A stretch of 19,773 nt of DNA, from UHGV virus genome UHGV-0141098, one strand, 5' to 3'. Position 1 is the stretch's first letter. Each line of letters opens with the position of its first letter. This document shows, in pieces, positions 1-12,074 of this stretch. A model generated the notes under the pieces. That model was given only the letters and a program-made list of their open reading frames with translations. It made no database searches and had not been told where the DNA came from. This DNA is from a virus. Made by a program: the position numbers and the translations under genes.

Positions 1-50
1 GAAGATTCCGACGTTACTAACTGAGTGTTGTATCTAATCGTGGGGGCAGG

Positions 51-161
51 TCACATGAAGTAGTTGGCAATAACGCCTGGTATATCCCTGGTACTGATAC
101 AGGCAGTGTGCTGTTCAATTGCCTCGATCATCTCTTCACGGGTGACTAATGACGTTCTCAT
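51..161 (-). CDS. small hypothetical protein, 36 aa (MRTSLVTREEMIEAIEQHTACISTRDIPGVIANYFM)
   Basis: Not in the ORF track (below length cutoff). ATG at 161..159 is preceded by an AGGAGGG Shine-Dalgarno and overlaps the stop of the upstream ORF in an ATGA arrangement. No recognisable motif. Confidence 0.3.
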   Translation of the reverse strand: MRTSLVTREEMIEAIEQHTACISTRDIPGVIANYFM

Positions 162-379
162 AGTCCCTCCTGAGCAGAAGCGTTAACAGGGAGGCACCAG
201 TAACTGAGAGAATTGCGTGAATCAGTGGAAAAACGGGCAGAGAAAATACATGGGGCGTCAGGAAGCTGAGAGCGGGCCTCATCTTCTGTTGGTGCAATAA
301 CGAAGTGATAGTGACGTTTTTGGCAGGAGTAAAAGCGCCAGATAAATTCAGGATGAGTTGGGGTAGGGATAGTAGCCAT
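158..379 (-). CDS. small hypothetical protein, 73 aa (internal start of track ORF 158..607)
   Basis: ATG at 379..377 is preceded 9 nt upstream by AAGGAGG. The longer track ORF (start 607) would read through the terminator hairpin at 544..573, so the internal start is preferred. Stop overlaps the start of the 36-aa ORF. Confidence 0.35.
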   Translation of the reverse strand: MATIPTPTHPEFIWRFYSCQKRHYHFVIAPTEDEARSQLPDAPCIFSARFSTDSRNSLSYWCLPVNASAQEGL

Positions 380-543
380 ATTGGCAGCCTCCTTAGACGT
401 TGGTATGTAACCACCGCAGAAGAGACCAATCTTGCTGGCGGTGGACTGTACGGAGTTGGCCTTACTGGCGTCCAAGGTAACCAGCCTACCCGAAGGTAGC
501 CCCATACAGCCCACCATTGTAGAGGTGTGCGTGTACGCCGATA

Positions 544-573
544 CAAAAAAAAGACGCGAGCGGCGTCTGTATC
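544..573 (-). terminator. putative Rho-independent terminator downstream of pacB
   Basis: On the minus strand: GC-rich 5-bp stem GACGC/GCGTC with a 5-nt loop, followed by T8. An outer GATACA/TGTATC pairing can extend the stem. Confidence 0.45.
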
Positions 574-698
574 GCCTTAGACTTAAGCGGGAGGCCAATC
601 CCGGCACCCGTTTTAATGAGGTGCCTGATAAGCATAAACCGAAAATGCCTCAAGGCGCAAGAGGTCAGGCTCAATGTAACATCGGTAGTTAAAAAACA

Positions 699-715
699 CA
701 ATTTATTAGAGCAAA
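699..715 (-). promoter_or_regulatory. C1-repressor-type operator (match to P1 consensus ATTGCTCTAATAAATTT)
   Basis: Minus strand reads TTTGCTCTAATAAATTG, 15/17 to the recalled P1 C1 operator consensus. Lies 3 nt after the pacB stop codon; contains a -35-like TTGCTC. Confidence 0.55.
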
Positions 716-718
716 TAT

Positions 719-2203
719 TCATTCATTAAGCCATGCCAGAGCCTCATCAACCTGCGCTTCGTCTTCGACGCTAAGCACTTCATCCTGGGGAACATAATCC
801 GCCAGCATAGCGAAACAATATGTATCCCAATGGTCTGGTGAGTGCAGGTTGAGTTTTTTCTTCATATCCTCCTTACTCATCACCTTCCATTGACCTGCGG
901 AGTTAATCCCTACAGGGATTTTCGACGCTTCCTCAATAGTTTCATTACCCTTATCCAGTCTCATACGACCAGATTTTACGGCCTCTGCGGCTTGAACGTT
1001 GGCATAAGCACGTTTATCAAAGTACAGGCTCTTATCTTCACGGCTATGCATCTTTTTACCCCAGCGTATACGCTGTACGGTAATACCATAATACTCGTAC
1101 ATCAGATCCGCTGTTGCTTTACCCAGGCCATCTCCATCTATCGCTATGGTGATATTGGGGAATCGCTCAGGATTACATTCTGCGAAAATTTTGGCGGCAA
1201 GCTGCGTTTCTGTAACGTCTGTGTATTCCAGCATTCGATAGTTGATTACACGGCGTTTATTTCGCTGGCCGGACACCATCATGATATTGATAACTGACTT
1301 ATCCCGTCCCGTACCACCAGCAACGTCCACACATGCAAGCCAGCCCCATCCTTTGGCAATCTTAACTTTCCGCCGCGTTGCACGTTCAACCTCATCACGT
1401 CCAAGAAGGAAGCCGTCCTGTGATTTAGGGAATAGGCCGCGCACCTTAATCATGTACATAGGGTTATCACGCCCGCCGTACTCCGCCAGCTTCATTTTGA
1501 TAAATTCTGGCGTTACCAGCGGTGATTCCTCACTGTTAAGCGTGATCGCCGTATAAACGCCATCTGGGTTACCAGGACGCTTGGCCAGTTTATGGTGAGT
1601 ATCGTAGAAATAGCCGCTTGGGCGTGTAGGCTGTGACAGTAATAAGATGCGGTTATCCTGTCCGGTAAGAGCACCGGTGATGATACCGAAAGCTCTATCA
1701 CTGACACCGGAGGCTTCATCGATAATATACAGAAGATGATCTGCGTGTTCACCGGCGAGAGCTTCTTCACTTCCCAGACGAAAGCCCTTCGGTACTACAG
1801 TCCATACACCTTTACCAGTAACCTCATAGAAAGCGGTTTCTGTCAGAACAAAATAATCAGCAAGCCATGGAAAACGGCTGGTGGCAGTAGCCCAGTTTAT
1901 CTTGATGTACTTGAATATACCGGTCATTACCTGCTGAATTTTGTTCGCAACGATAATGGCGCGGGCACCGGGATACATGATTATGAACAACATGATCATG
2001 ATAGAAGTCATGTCTGATTTCCCGGTACCGTGACCAGACGAAACAGATGTCTTGCTACCCTGTTCCTGCACAGACTCAATAATCAGATCCTGCTGCCAGG
2101 TAGGTGTTTTGCCGAACAAAACATCAGCGGCCGCAATCCAGTCATAACGATATAGCGCCACCAGCTCGCGCCAACGTGGATCCGTTACGCAACTTCTGGC
2201 CAT
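719..2203 (-). CDS. pacB: P1-type pacase (terminase) large subunit PacB, 494 aa
   Basis: 494-aa ORF with a P-loop-like GHGTGKS segment. Size and position (directly after a 397-aa pacA that contains a pac site) match P1 PacB as recalled. Start overlaps the pacA stop by 1 nt. Confidence 0.8.
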   Translation of the reverse strand: MARSCVTDPRWRELVALYRYDWIAAADVLFGKTPTWQQDLIIESVQEQGSKTSVSSGHGTGKSDMTSIMIMLFIIMYPGARAIIVANKIQQVMTGIFKYIKINWATATSRFPWLADYFVLTETAFYEVTGKGVWTVVPKGFRLGSEEALAGEHADHLLYIIDEASGVSDRAFGIITGALTGQDNRILLLSQPTRPSGYFYDTHHKLAKRPGNPDGVYTAITLNSEESPLVTPEFIKMKLAEYGGRDNPMYMIKVRGLFPKSQDGFLLGRDEVERATRRKVKIAKGWGWLACVDVAGGTGRDKSVINIMMVSGQRNKRRVINYRMLEYTDVTETQLAAKIFAECNPERFPNITIAIDGDGLGKATADLMYEYYGITVQRIRWGKKMHSREDKSLYFDKRAYANVQAAEAVKSGRMRLDKGNETIEEASKIPVGINSAGQWKVMSKEDMKKKLNLHSPDHWDTYCFAMLADYVPQDEVLSVEDEAQVDEALAWLNE

Positions 2204-3396
2204 TAATCATCATCCCCGTATAGCTTGCGGGTGACTTCTTCGTCTTCCTCCTCGTCTTCGTCCAGGTCTTGTTCCAGCCATGGGTCGTTTGATACACCTT
2301 CAGTATCAACATCCCCATAACCGCCTGTATCAACGATATCGGCGATTTCTTCCCTACGCTGCTCAATCCACAATGCGGCATCGGCGCGGCGGTTGGCGGC
2401 CCGTTCTCGCGCAACTTTGTCCAGATCTTCAAGAGAAGGGCCACCGACGGCTGTTTGCCTTTCCTCATCATCGGTATTGGTCTTAGGAGCACGCAGATCG
2501 GCTTTGATTTGCTCCAGCATCAGGGGCGGCACTTTCCCGCCATGCGCCTCGATGAATTCAGCTGCTTCCAGCACTGACCAGTTATTTTCACGCTTTCGTT
2601 CGTATGCCAGCTTAACAATGCCAGCTTGCCCCATAGACAAAGCGTGCTTTTCCGCCTCCCGGCTTTCTTTTCGATAGTTATTCAGGATGCTGTAAATGGT
2701 GTTGATCAGGCTGCTTATCTGCGCGGAACAGCTGTTTAGCATGCTCGCGATACGGTATTCAGGCGGAGTACCTTCATCATCGTCTTTTTGCTGATCGCGC
2801 ATTTCCTGCACCAGGCGAATACACGTATCCCGGGCGTTCTCCAGCATAAGGAGATGAGAAAGAGACTTTTCCAGAAGAGTGGTTTCCAGAACATCAGCTC
2901 CGGAACGACGCAACATAGCGCGCGCGGCCTTCCACGCTTCAACGTTATCTATCAGGTAATCGCCAGCTTCGAATTCAAAGCGTTCACCATCATCATCCAG
3001 GGTGTCGCGTTCCAGGCGATCACGTAAGGTACGGTGGGCGCGGGTGATCACGTCATGATCATCAGAACGATCATTTATGCGCTTATTTTGGCGCTTAGCG
3101 TTCTCGACTGCGGCACTGACAACAGCATTAACTCTTTGTTTTTCAGCCGTTTCAGCCACAATGTGATCACCTGCACGTTGATCATTAGCGTGATCAATGA
3201 TCATGCTTTTTAGTGGTTTCCTGACAGGCTTATTTGGCTTACGGCTATCCGCTGTTCCGGTGTCTTCTTTGAATGCACGGAGATAACGACGTGCGGTGTT
3301 TGGGTTGAGATTAAACTCGGCGGCATATTGTGCGATGGTGTAACCACCATCTCGCGCCAGGCGAGCAAAATTCTTCTTGTGATCGTCCCAGGTCAC
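2203..3396 (-). CDS. pacA: P1-type pacase subunit PacA (pac-site recognition), 397 aa
   Basis: 397-aa ORF with GTG start and AGGAAG Shine-Dalgarno. N-terminal HTH-like segment, acidic C-terminus. Contains the hexamer-cluster pac site internally, as in P1 pacA. Confidence 0.8.
   Translation of the reverse strand: MTWDDHKKNFARLARDGGYTIAQYAAEFNLNPNTARRYLRAFKEDTGTADSRKPNKPVRKPLKSMIIDHANDQRAGDHIVAETAEKQRVNAVVSAAVENAKRQNKRINDRSDDHDVITRAHRTLRDRLERDTLDDDGERFEFEAGDYLIDNVEAWKAARAMLRRSGADVLETTLLEKSLSHLLMLENARDTCIRLVQEMRDQQKDDDEGTPPEYRIASMLNSCSAQISSLINTIYSILNNYRKESREAEKHALSMGQAGIVKLAYERKRENNWSVLEAAEFIEAHGGKVPPLMLEQIKADLRAPKTNTDDEERQTAVGGPSLEDLDKVARERAANRRADAALWIEQRREEIADIVDTGGYGDVDTEGVSNDPWLEQDLDEDEEEDEEVTRKLYGDDD
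3017..3203. other. P1-type pac packaging site (two clusters of TGATCA hexamers carrying Dam GATC sites)
   Basis: GATC-containing hexamers at 3017-3022, 3045-3050, 3056-3061, 3068-3073 and at 3164-3169, 3179-3184, 3191-3196, 3198-3203, with a hexamer-free segment of about 90 bp between the clusters. This matches the known P1 pac architecture of hexamer clusters flanking the cleavage region inside pacA. Confidence 0.75.
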
Positions 3397-3482
3397 TTAT
3401 GCTTCCTTTCGTATAAAACTCTTTTTGACGCGAGGGTAACGAAAGTCACATGTCAAAAGGCCCGGAACGGGCAAGCAATCAA

Positions 3483-3935
3483 TCAGATACGTGCGGATGT
3501 GGCATTACCGTAATGACGGTGCTGACGGACCACCTTATTGAAAAGTTGACGCGCCATTACCCAAGGCTGGTGCTCCCGGCGTTCCTTTTCGTCCTGCGTC
3601 ATATAGAGTTCGTTCTGGAGTTTTTCATCAAACCGGCGCGGAGCGCGGCTGCGGCGAAAGAATTCAGGATTCAGAGAGTGGATCTGAAATCTACGTGGGC
3701 GTGTACTGTCATCAATCAAAACAGACGAATACTTAGACACAGCGATAGCCTTTAAGCGCAGATAAACATCGCGCTTATCGACATCCAGATGCGGGTATTC
3801 CTTTTCAAGAATTGCTGCGAGTTCTTTCGCTGATAGAAGAGATTTAGTGCGGATCATGTAATCCGCAATCTCGTACGATGTTATTCGTGAGTGATTTATT
3901 TCCATGAAGTGGCGTCCCTGCCAGTTAAGTAACAT
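3483..3935 (-). CDS. lpa: late promoter activator Lpa (gp10)-like protein, 150 aa
   Basis: 150-aa ORF directly upstream of pacA. AGGTGA Shine-Dalgarno 4 nt before the ATG. A C1-type operator and -35/-10-like elements lie upstream at 3936..4022. Name assigned from position, size and operator context rather than recognised sequence. Confidence 0.6.
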   Translation of the reverse strand: MLLNWQGRHFMEINHSRITSYEIADYMIRTKSLLSAKELAAILEKEYPHLDVDKRDVYLRLKAIAVSKYSSVLIDDSTRPRRFQIHSLNPEFFRRSRAPRRFDEKLQNELYMTQDEKERREHQPWVMARQLFNKVVRQHRHYGNATSARI

Positions 3936-4005
3936 CCTGTCACCTACTGATTAGCCCATGTCAACTAATCAACGTGGAATATAATACCCTCAACTAAAGA
4001 AATAG

Positions 4006-4022
4006 CAATACATTAGAGCAAT
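4006..4022 (-). promoter_or_regulatory. C1-repressor-type operator upstream of lpa
   Basis: Minus strand reads ATTGCTCTAATGTATTG (core ATTGCTCTAAT exact). Followed by TTGCTA -35-like and TATTAT -10-like elements before the lpa Shine-Dalgarno. Begins 1 nt after the stop of the upstream 347-aa gene. Confidence 0.55.
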
Positions 4023-4023
4023 T

Positions 4024-5067
4024 TTATCTAACACTCGACGAATGACTTGTGATAACGCCGACTCCAAGCGCGTAATCAAAGAACAATCGTTGATGCATCG
4101 CCAGCCTACCGTGCGTCTTCTCCCAATTATCGCGGTCACGCTCAATATCACGCTGGCATGACTGGCACAGAGGAATTGCGTAAATGTCATGCGCGCATAA
4201 TCGACTATGACGAACGATATAAGGCGTAATGTGAGCGCCAGCTCCCGCCGCTCCGCACCCACAGCATGGACGGGAAGCAACAAAGTCCATGTACTCAGGT
4301 AATTTTAGCGATTGCAGTTTTGGTATTTTGAAATGCGCCATGCCAGGGTCGGAGTCAACATCCACAGGGCATACTTTTGCACGCATCGGCGCGGCGCGTT
4401 CTTCCATCATCTGAACATATGCTGTAGCGCGATCGTCATACGGGCGAATATCCGCCTCTTTCAGAGGTCCGCTATCCTGCGTTGCGGCTTTCATCTTATT
4501 TATTGATATACGGCAAACTTCTTCCGGCATCAGGTGCATCATGTTGCACATGAAAGCCCACCAGCACAGTTCCTGAATACTTAAATCATGGCCATCTGAA
4601 AGCCCCATTTCCTGACGGGCGACATCCAGTATCCAGTTAACGCGATTATTGTGCAGCGTTTCTTTCAGCTCATTAAAACCACGCATCCGGTAATGGTTAT
4701 CGTGATGCCAGCACAACAACACCGCGCTATTGTCTCGTTCAGCGTGGACAATATGGTTGTCACACCAACTACGATCTGCGGCCTGGCATTGCCCCTCTTT
4801 CCTGCGCAACCACGCCACCAGCGAGTCAATTCCACCAATACGGCGAAACAGTTCATCGCTGTTAAAAAACGGCTGCAACGCCTCATTTGTTGCCATAGTT
4901 TGCTCGGAAACAACGAGGCCGTCGTCCATGTGCTCGATTAACTCACGCGGCACCGGCTCCATAATAAATTTACGGCCAGCCTCCACCAGCTTTCTGACTT
5001 CCTGATCCACTTTGAATGTGGCGACGCCAAGCTCTTTTTGTACAAAGGGAGTAATAATGGCTTTCAC
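4024..5067 (-). CDS. hypothetical protein, 347 aa, at the position of P1 pdcB (post-doc); C-terminal Cys/His-rich motif
   Basis: GTG start with AAGGTG Shine-Dalgarno. C-terminal segment [38 protein letters not shown] resembles an HNH/zinc-binding motif. Identity with pdcB is positional only. Confidence 0.55.
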   Translation of the reverse strand: MKAIITPFVQKELGVATFKVDQEVRKLVEAGRKFIMEPVPRELIEHMDDGLVVSEQTMATNEALQPFFNSDELFRRIGGIDSLVAWLRRKEGQCQAADRSWCDNHIVHAERDNSAVLLCWHHDNHYRMRGFNELKETLHNNRVNWILDVARQEMGLSDGHDLSIQELCWWAFMCNMMHLMPEEVCRISINKMKAATQDSGPLKEADIRPYDDRATAYVQMMEERAAPMRAKVCPVDVDSDPGMAHFKIPKLQSLKLPEYMDFVASRPCCGCGAAGAGAHITPYIVRHSRLCAHDIYAIPLCQSCQRDIERDRDNWEKTHGRLAMHQRLFFDYALGVGVITSHSSSVR

Positions 5068-5094
5068 ATCACACCTTTCATCACTGATTGGGCT

Positions 5095-5274
5095 TTATCT
5101 GCTGCCCGGCATTCTCTGTTTAAGCACAACCATTTCCTGACGGCATAACACAGCAATAGCGGTCCTGGCACCAATTTGCTTACTAACCAGGTATTGCTTT
5201 ACCTTGCGGCGACTCACGCCATCAAGAAGCATCTTTAACGCTTCACGGGACAATTTGTTGTATTTGCGTGCCAT
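5095..5274 (-). CDS. small basic protein, 59 aa, at the position of P1 pdcA
   Basis: Internal ATG at 5274 of track ORF 5095..5295, preceded by GGAG and lying 4 nt after the doc stop. The track start at 5295 would overlap doc. Lys/Arg-rich, possibly DNA-binding. Confidence 0.4.
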   Translation of the reverse strand: MARKYNKLSREALKMLLDGVSRRKVKQYLVSKQIGARTAIAVLCRQEMVVLKQRMPGSR

Positions 5275-5278
5275 TAAT

Positions 5279-5659
5279 CTACTCCGCAGAACCATACAAT
5301 CTACGTAACGTGGCGGCGACAGAAGATACAGATATCTCGCCAGTCGCAGCGCCTACAGTAAGGTCTGCCAGTTCAGGTGAATCAAATACCTGCACCCCGT
5401 TACGGCGTAGAAATAGCAGCGCACTGTTTAGCGCGGTACGCTTATTGGCATCATTGAATATATGCCCTCTCGCCGTAGCCACCAGGTAGGTGGCGGAGAC
5501 TTCGAAAAGGTCGGTGATCTCTTCGTAGGCAACTCTGGCCTGAACTCTCCCGATAATGGCCTCTGCCCTACCCGGATCTGACATTCCCGACAGGCCGCCG
5601 TAGCGGCTTATATTCGCATCATGAAGCGCAATAAGTTCTTCCGGTGATATATGCCTCAT
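5279..5659 (-). CDS. doc: Doc toxin (Fic-fold, death-on-curing), 126 aa
   Basis: Protein [22 protein letters not shown]...[12 protein letters not shown]... matches P1 Doc almost residue for residue as recalled, including the Fic-like HxFx(D/N)ANKR motif. Coupled to phd by a 1-nt overlap. Confidence 0.95.
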
Positions 5660-5880
5660 TATCGGTTAACCAGTTCCTTGTTGGTGGAGTCCAGGGTGTC
5701 AAACAGGGATGCAAATTCAGCATCCAGCGCCGCTTTTTTGTAGGCTTCGAAAGTAGCCTTGCTGACAATTACTGCTGGCTCACGGCCTCTGCGGGTGATT
5801 TCAACCTCTTCCCCGGCCTCAACATTGTTGAGCACTTCAGAAAGGTTGCCGCGCGCGGTACGGAAGTTAATGGATTGCAT
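5659..5880 (-). CDS. phd: Phd antitoxin (prevents host death), 73 aa
   Basis: 73-aa protein [49 protein letters not shown]... matches P1 Phd as recalled. Sits directly upstream of doc. Confidence 0.95.
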
Positions 5881-5884
5881 AAAT

Positions 5885-5920
5885 ACCTCATGTACTCGTT
5901 ATGTGTACACAATTATAAAC
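5885..5920 (-). promoter_or_regulatory. phd-doc promoter with palindromic autoregulatory operator sites
   Basis: Minus strand reads TTTATAATTGTGTACACATAACGAGTACATGAGGTATTTATG: a TATAAT -10, then the palindrome GTGTACAC and the related GAGTACAT, then the Shine-Dalgarno. Confidence 0.5.
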
Positions 5921-6056
5921 TTCACAGGCATAAAGCACCAGCACTTTGCGGCTTAACAAACCTCTAGGCAGATCATTCGTAGCCTAATGTCCGAACTGCT
6001 AAAGCATCCAAGTTGCTGTAGAATCACCGCCAATTACATAAGCCTGAAATAAGTGG

Positions 6057-7615
6057 ATGAAAATGACAAGTATTCAACAACGTGCAGAGCTTCATCGTCA
6101 AATCTGGCAAATTGCTAACGATGTCAGGGGTTCGGTCGATGGATGGGATTTTAAGCAATACGTTCTGGGCGCACTTTTCTACCGTTTTATCAGCGAAAAT
6201 TTTTCCAGCTATATTGAAGCCGGTGATGACAGTATCTGTTATGCGAAACTGGATGACAGCGTAATTACTGATGACATTAAAGACGATGCCATCAAAACTA
6301 AAGGCTACTTCATCTACCCCAGTCAGCTTTTCTGCAACGTAGCGGCGAAAGCAAATACTAATGACAGACTGAATGCAGATTTAAACAGCATCTTCGTTGC
6401 TATCGAAAGTTCTGCTTACGGTTATCCTTCAGAAGCTGACATCAAAGGTTTGTTTGCTGATTTCGATACCACCAGTAACCGCCTGGGTAACACCGTTAAA
6501 GATAAAAATGCCCGCCTGGCTGCGGTTCTGAAAGGGGTTGAAGGGTTAAAACTTGGTGACTTCAACGAACATCAGATTGACCTGTTCGGTGATGCCTATG
6601 AGTTCCTGATTTCTAACTATGCGGCAAATGCCGGTAAGTCAGGCGGCGAGTTCTTTACACCGCAGCACGTCTCCAAGCTGATTGCACAACTGGCTATGCA
6701 CGGGCAGACCAGCGTTAACAAAATCTACGACCCGGCAGCGGGTTCCGGCTCACTGTTGTTGCAGGCGAAAAAACAGTTTGATAACCACATCATCGAAGAA
6801 GGCTTTTTCGGTCAGGAAATCAACCATACGACCTATAACCTGGCGCGTATGAACATGTTTTTGCACAATATCAACTACGACAAGTTTGATATCAAGCTGG
6901 GTAATACACTGACTGAGCCGCACTTCAGAGATGAAAAACCGTTTGACGCCATCGTATCTAACCCACCGTATTCGGTGAAATGGATTGGCAGCGATGACCC
7001 GACGCTGATTAACGATGAGCGTTTTGCCCCGGCTGGCGTTCTGGCCCCCAAATCCAAAGCTGACTTTGCGTTTGTACTACATGCGCTGAACTATCTTTCG
7101 GCCAAAGGTCGTGCTGCGATTGTCTGCTTCCCGGGTATTTTTTACCGTGGCGGCGCAGAGCAGAAAATCCGTCAGTATCTGGTCGATAATAACTATGTCG
7201 AAACCGTAATTTCACTGGCACCGAACCTGTTCTTTGGCACCACCATTGCAGTAAACATTCTGGTGCTGTCTAAGCATAAAACGGATACCAAAGTTCAGTT
7301 TATTGACGCCAGCGAACTGTTCAAAAAAGAGACTAACAACAATATCCTGACCGACGCCCATATCGAACAGATTATGCAGGTATTTGCCAGCAAGGAAGAT
7401 GTTGCTCATCTGGCGAAATCTGTCGCGTTTGAAGCCGTTGTAGCGAATGACTATAACCTGTCGGTGAGCAGCTATGTGGAAGCGAAAGATACTCGCGAAA
7501 TTATCGATATCGCTGAGTTGAATGCAGAGCTGAAAACCACGGTCAGCAAAATCGACCAGTTACGCCAAGACATTGATGCGATCGTGGCTAGAATTGAAGG
7601 CAGAGAGGTACAGGC

Positions 7616-7619
<4 letters not shown>
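6057..7619 (+). CDS. hsdM: Type I restriction-modification N6-adenine DNA methyltransferase subunit HsdM, 520 aa
   Basis: AdoMet-binding motif [10 protein letters not shown] and catalytic NPPY motif (SNPPYSVKW). N-terminus [17 protein letters not shown] matches EcoR124-family HsdM as recalled. Stop overlaps the hsdS start (ATGA). Confidence 0.95.
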
Positions 7620-8836
<1,217 letters not shown>

Positions 8837-8957
8837 TTGACCATTGCTACCGATCGGGCCACCTTAACACCCGGTCAGTATATAGACTATTTTTTACGCG
8901 CCGGAAGTCACTCTTAACGCCCTTCCGGCTCTTGCCAGGCGGCACAAAGGATGCGCT

Positions 8958-11900
8958 ATGACTCATCAAACACACACCATTGCTGAATCCAATAACTATA
9001 TCGTCCTTGATAAGTACATCAAAGCTAAGCAAACAAGCGACAGCTACCAGAGCGAATCGGACCTGGAACGTGAACTGATTCAGGACCTGCGGAATCAGGG
9101 TTATGAATTTATTTCCGTAAAATCACAGTCGGCAATGCTGTCCAATGTTCGGGAACAGCTTCAGAACCTCAATGGTGTGGTGTTTAATGACAGCGAGTGG
9201 CGGCGTTTCACGGAGCAGTATCTGGATAACCCGAGCGATGGCATTCTGGATAAGACCCGTAAAATCCATATCGACTATATTTGCGACTTTATTTTTGATG
9301 ACGAGCGTCTTGAGAACATCTATTTGATAGATAAAAAGAATCTCATGCGCAATAAGGTGCAGATTATCCAGCAGTTTGAACAGGCGGGTTCTCACGCTAA
9401 CCGTTATGACGTAACTATCCTGGTTAATGGCTTACCGCTGGTGCAAATCGAACTGAAAAAACGCGGCGTGGCGATTCGTGAGGCTTTCAACCAGATACAT
9501 CGTTACAGTAAAGAGAGTTTTAACAGCGAAAATTCCCTGTTTAAGTATCTGCAGCTGTTCGTCATTTCCAACGGCACTGATACCCGTTATTTTGCCAACA
9601 CGACAAAGCGCGATAAAAACAGTTTTGACTTCACCATGAATTGGGCGAAATCAGACAACACGCTGATTAAAGACCTCAAAGACTTTACCGCTACCTTTTT
9701 CCAGAAACATACTCTGCTGAATGTTCTGGTGAACTACAGCGTTTTTGACAGTAGTCAGACGCTACTGGTGATGCGACCGTACCAGATTGCCGCCACCGAG
9801 CGCATTCTGTGGAAAATTAAGAGTTCCTTTACAGCGAAGAACTGGTCAAAACCGGAAAGCGGTGGGTATATCTGGCACACTACCGGTTCTGGTAAAACCC
9901 TCACCAGCTTTAAAGCCGCGCGTCTGGCAACAGAGCTGGACTTTATTGATAAAGTCTTCTTTGTGGTCGACAGGAAAGACCTCGATTACCAGACCATGAA
10001 GGAATATCAGCGTTTTTCGCCAGACAGCGTCAACGGCTCGGAAAATACCGCAGGCCTTAAACGAAATCTGGATAAGGACGATAACAAAATTATCGTCACT
10101 ACTATTCAGAAACTCAATAACCTGATGAAAGCAGAAAGCGATCTGCCTGTATATAATCAGCAAGTGGTGTTTATATTTGATGAATGCCACCGCAGCCAGT
10201 TTGGAGAAGCGCAGAAAAACCTGAAGAAGAAATTCAAACGCTATTATCAGTTTGGTTTTACCGGCACCCCTATTTTCCCGGAAAACGCCTTAGGCTCAGA
10301 AACAACCGCCAGCGTATTTGGTCGTGAATTGCATTCGTATGTAATTACCGATGCGATTCGTGACGAAAAAGTGCTCAAATTCAAGGTGGACTACAACGAT
10401 GTGCGGCCACAGTTTAAGTCTTTAGAGACAGAAACTGACGAGAAAAAACTGAGTGCGGCTGAAAATCAGCAGGCGTTTCTTCATCCCATGCGTATTCAGG
10501 AAATCACGCAATATATTCTGAATAATTTCCGCCAGAAAACCCACCGTACCTTCCCTGGCTCAAAAGGTTTTAATGCTATGTTGGCAGTGAGCAGCGTGGA
10601 TGCCGCGAAAGCCTATTATGCGACGTTTAAACGGTTACAAGAAGAAGCCGCTAATAAATCGGCTACCTATAAACCGCTGCGTATTGCGACAATCTTCTCC
10701 TTTGCCGCCAATGAAGAACAAAATGCCATTGGTGAAATTTCCGATGAAACTTTTGATACCAGCGCAATGGACAGCAGTGCTAAAGAGTTTCTGGATGCTG
10801 CAATTCGTGAGTATAACAGCTATTTTAAAACTAACTTCAGCACCGACAGTAACGGTTTTCAGAACTACTATCGTGATTTAGCCCAACGGGTTAAAAATCA
10901 GGATATCGATCTGTTAATTGTCGTGGGAATGTTTTTAACCGGCTTCGATGCTCCAACATTAAACACGCTATTCGTCGATAAAAACTTGCGTTTTCACGGC
11001 CTGATGCAGGCATTTTCCCGCACCAACCGCATTTATGACGCTACTAAAACCTTCGGTAATATTGTCACGTTCCGGGATCTGGAACGCTCAACCATTGATG
11101 CCATAACGCTGTTTGGTGACAAAAATACCAAAAATGTGGTTTTAGAAAAGAGTTATGCAGAGTATATGGAAGGCTTTACTGATGCTGCCACTGGTGAAGC
11201 TAAACGCGGCTTCATGACAGTAGTTTCAGAACTGGAACAACGGTTCCCTGACCCTACCAGTATTGAAAGTGAAAAAGAGAAGAAAGACTTCGTTAAACTG
11301 TTTGGCGAATACCTGCGTGCCGAGAACATCCTGCAAAACTATGATGAATTTGCCACGCTAAAAGCCCTGCAACAAATCGATCTTAGCGATCCTGTTGCGG
11401 TAGAAAAATTCAAAGCAGAACATTATGTGGATGATGAAAAGTTCGCTGAATTGCAAACAATTCGTCTCCCTGCTGATCGCAAGATTCAGGATTATCGTTC
11501 TGCCTATAACGATATTCGCGACTGGCAGCGCCGTGAGAAAGAAGCTGAGAAAAAAGAGAAATCAACCACTGACTGGGATGACGTGGTTTTTGAGGTCGAT
11601 TTGCTGAAGTCTCAGGAAATAAACCTGGATTATATCCTTGGACTGATTTTCGAACACAACAGACAAAATAAAGGCAAGGGCGAAATGATCGAAGAGGTCA
11701 AACGCTTAATTCGTTCAAGCCTGGGGAACCGGGCGAAAGAGGGCCTGGTGGTCGATTTTATTCAGCAAACGAACCTGGATGATTTACCAGACAAAGCCAG
11801 TATCATTGAGGCATTCTTTACGTTTGCTCAACGCGAACAGCAACGTGAAGCAGAAGCATTGATAAAAGAAGAAAATCTCAATGAAGATGCAGCAAAACGC

Positions 11901-12074
11901 TATATTCGCACGTCTTTAAAACGCGAATACGCCACCGAAAATGGCACAGAATTAAACGAAACATTACCAAAACTTAGTCCGTTGAATCCGCAATATAAAA
12001 CGAAAAAACAGGCAGTTTTCCAGAAAATCGTCTCGTTTATTGAGAAGTTTAAAGGCGTAGGCGGAAAAATATAG
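8958..12074 (+). CDS. hsdR: Type I restriction endonuclease/translocase subunit HsdR, 1038 aa (EcoR124I-like)
   Basis: PD-(D/E)xK nuclease residues D151, E165, K167 ([20 protein letters not shown]). SF2 helicase motifs [12 protein letters not shown] and TGTP. Length of 1038 aa and N-terminus [14 protein letters not shown] match EcoR124I HsdR as recalled. Confidence 0.95.
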   Translation: MTHQTHTIAESNNYIVLDKYIKAKQTSDSYQSESDLERELIQDLRNQGYEFISVKSQSAMLSNVREQLQNLNGVVFNDSEWRRFTEQYLDNPSDGILDKTRKIHIDYICDFIFDDERLENIYLIDKKNLMRNKVQIIQQFEQAGSHANRYDVTILVNGLPLVQIELKKRGVAIREAFNQIHRYSKESFNSENSLFKYLQLFVISNGTDTRYFANTTKRDKNSFDFTMNWAKSDNTLIKDLKDFTATFFQKHTLLNVLVNYSVFDSSQTLLVMRPYQIAATERILWKIKSSFTAKNWSKPESGGYIWHTTGSGKTLTSFKAARLATELDFIDKVFFVVDRKDLDYQTMKEYQRFSPDSVNGSENTAGLKRNLDKDDNKIIVTTIQKLNNLMKAESDLPVYNQQVVFIFDECHRSQFGEAQKNLKKKFKRYYQFGFTGTPIFPENALGSETTASVFGRELHSYVITDAIRDEKVLKFKVDYNDVRPQFKSLETETDEKKLSAAENQQAFLHPMRIQEITQYILNNFRQKTHRTFPGSKGFNAMLAVSSVDAAKAYYATFKRLQEEAANKSATYKPLRIATIFSFAANEEQNAIGEISDETFDTSAMDSSAKEFLDAAIREYNSYFKTNFSTDSNGFQNYYRDLAQRVKNQDIDLLIVVGMFLTGFDAPTLNTLFVDKNLRFHGLMQAFSRTNRIYDATKTFGNIVTFRDLERSTIDAITLFGDKNTKNVVLEKSYAEYMEGFTDAATGEAKRGFMTVVSELEQRFPDPTSIESEKEKKDFVKLFGEYLRAENILQNYDEFATLKALQQIDLSDPVAVEKFKAEHYVDDEKFAELQTIRLPADRKIQDYRSAYNDIRDWQRREKEAEKKEKSTTDWDDVVFEVDLLKSQEINLDYILGLIFEHNRQNKGKGEMIEEVKRLIRSSLGNRAKEGLVVDFIQQTNLDDLPDKASIIEAFFTFAQREQQREAEALIKEENLNEDAAKRYIRTSLKREYATENGTELNETLPKLSPLNPQYKTKKQAVFQKIVSFIEKFKGVGGKI

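Noticed and set aside
432-692. Plus-strand 86-aa ORF, and the overlapping minus-strand ORFs 136..546 and 486..722
   Set aside because: They are open in several frames over a hairpin-rich region and cross the terminator at 544..573. They have no ribosome-binding sites and read as translations of structured noncoding DNA.
1-718. Expected the c1 repressor gene (283 aa in P1) convergent with pacB
   Set aside because: No long open frame on either strand. The plus-strand frames all contain stops before 305, and the only plus-strand ORF ending near pacB (432..692) reads straight through a terminator hairpin.
842-2017. Plus-strand ORFs 842..1297, 1242..1556 and 1736..2017 and minus-strand 1513..1770 inside pacB
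   Set aside because: Shadow ORFs in alternative frames of a well-supported 494-aa gene.
2142-2492. Minus-strand 116-aa ORF spanning the pacA-pacB junction
   Set aside because: Alternative frame across two well-supported genes, with no independent start signal.
3397-3482. Possible Lpa-dependent late promoter upstream of pacA
   Set aside because: An inverted repeat (CTTTTTGAC...GTCAAAAGG) is present, but I cannot recall the P1 late-promoter consensus well enough to call it.
8837-8900. Promoter for hsdR (TTGACC at 8837, TATATAG at 8879)
   Set aside because: The spacing between the candidate -35 and -10 hexamers does not fit a sigma-70 promoter.
9123-11607. Several 60-114-aa ORFs on both strands inside hsdR
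   Set aside because: Alternative-frame shadows of a 1038-aa gene with all catalytic motifs intact.
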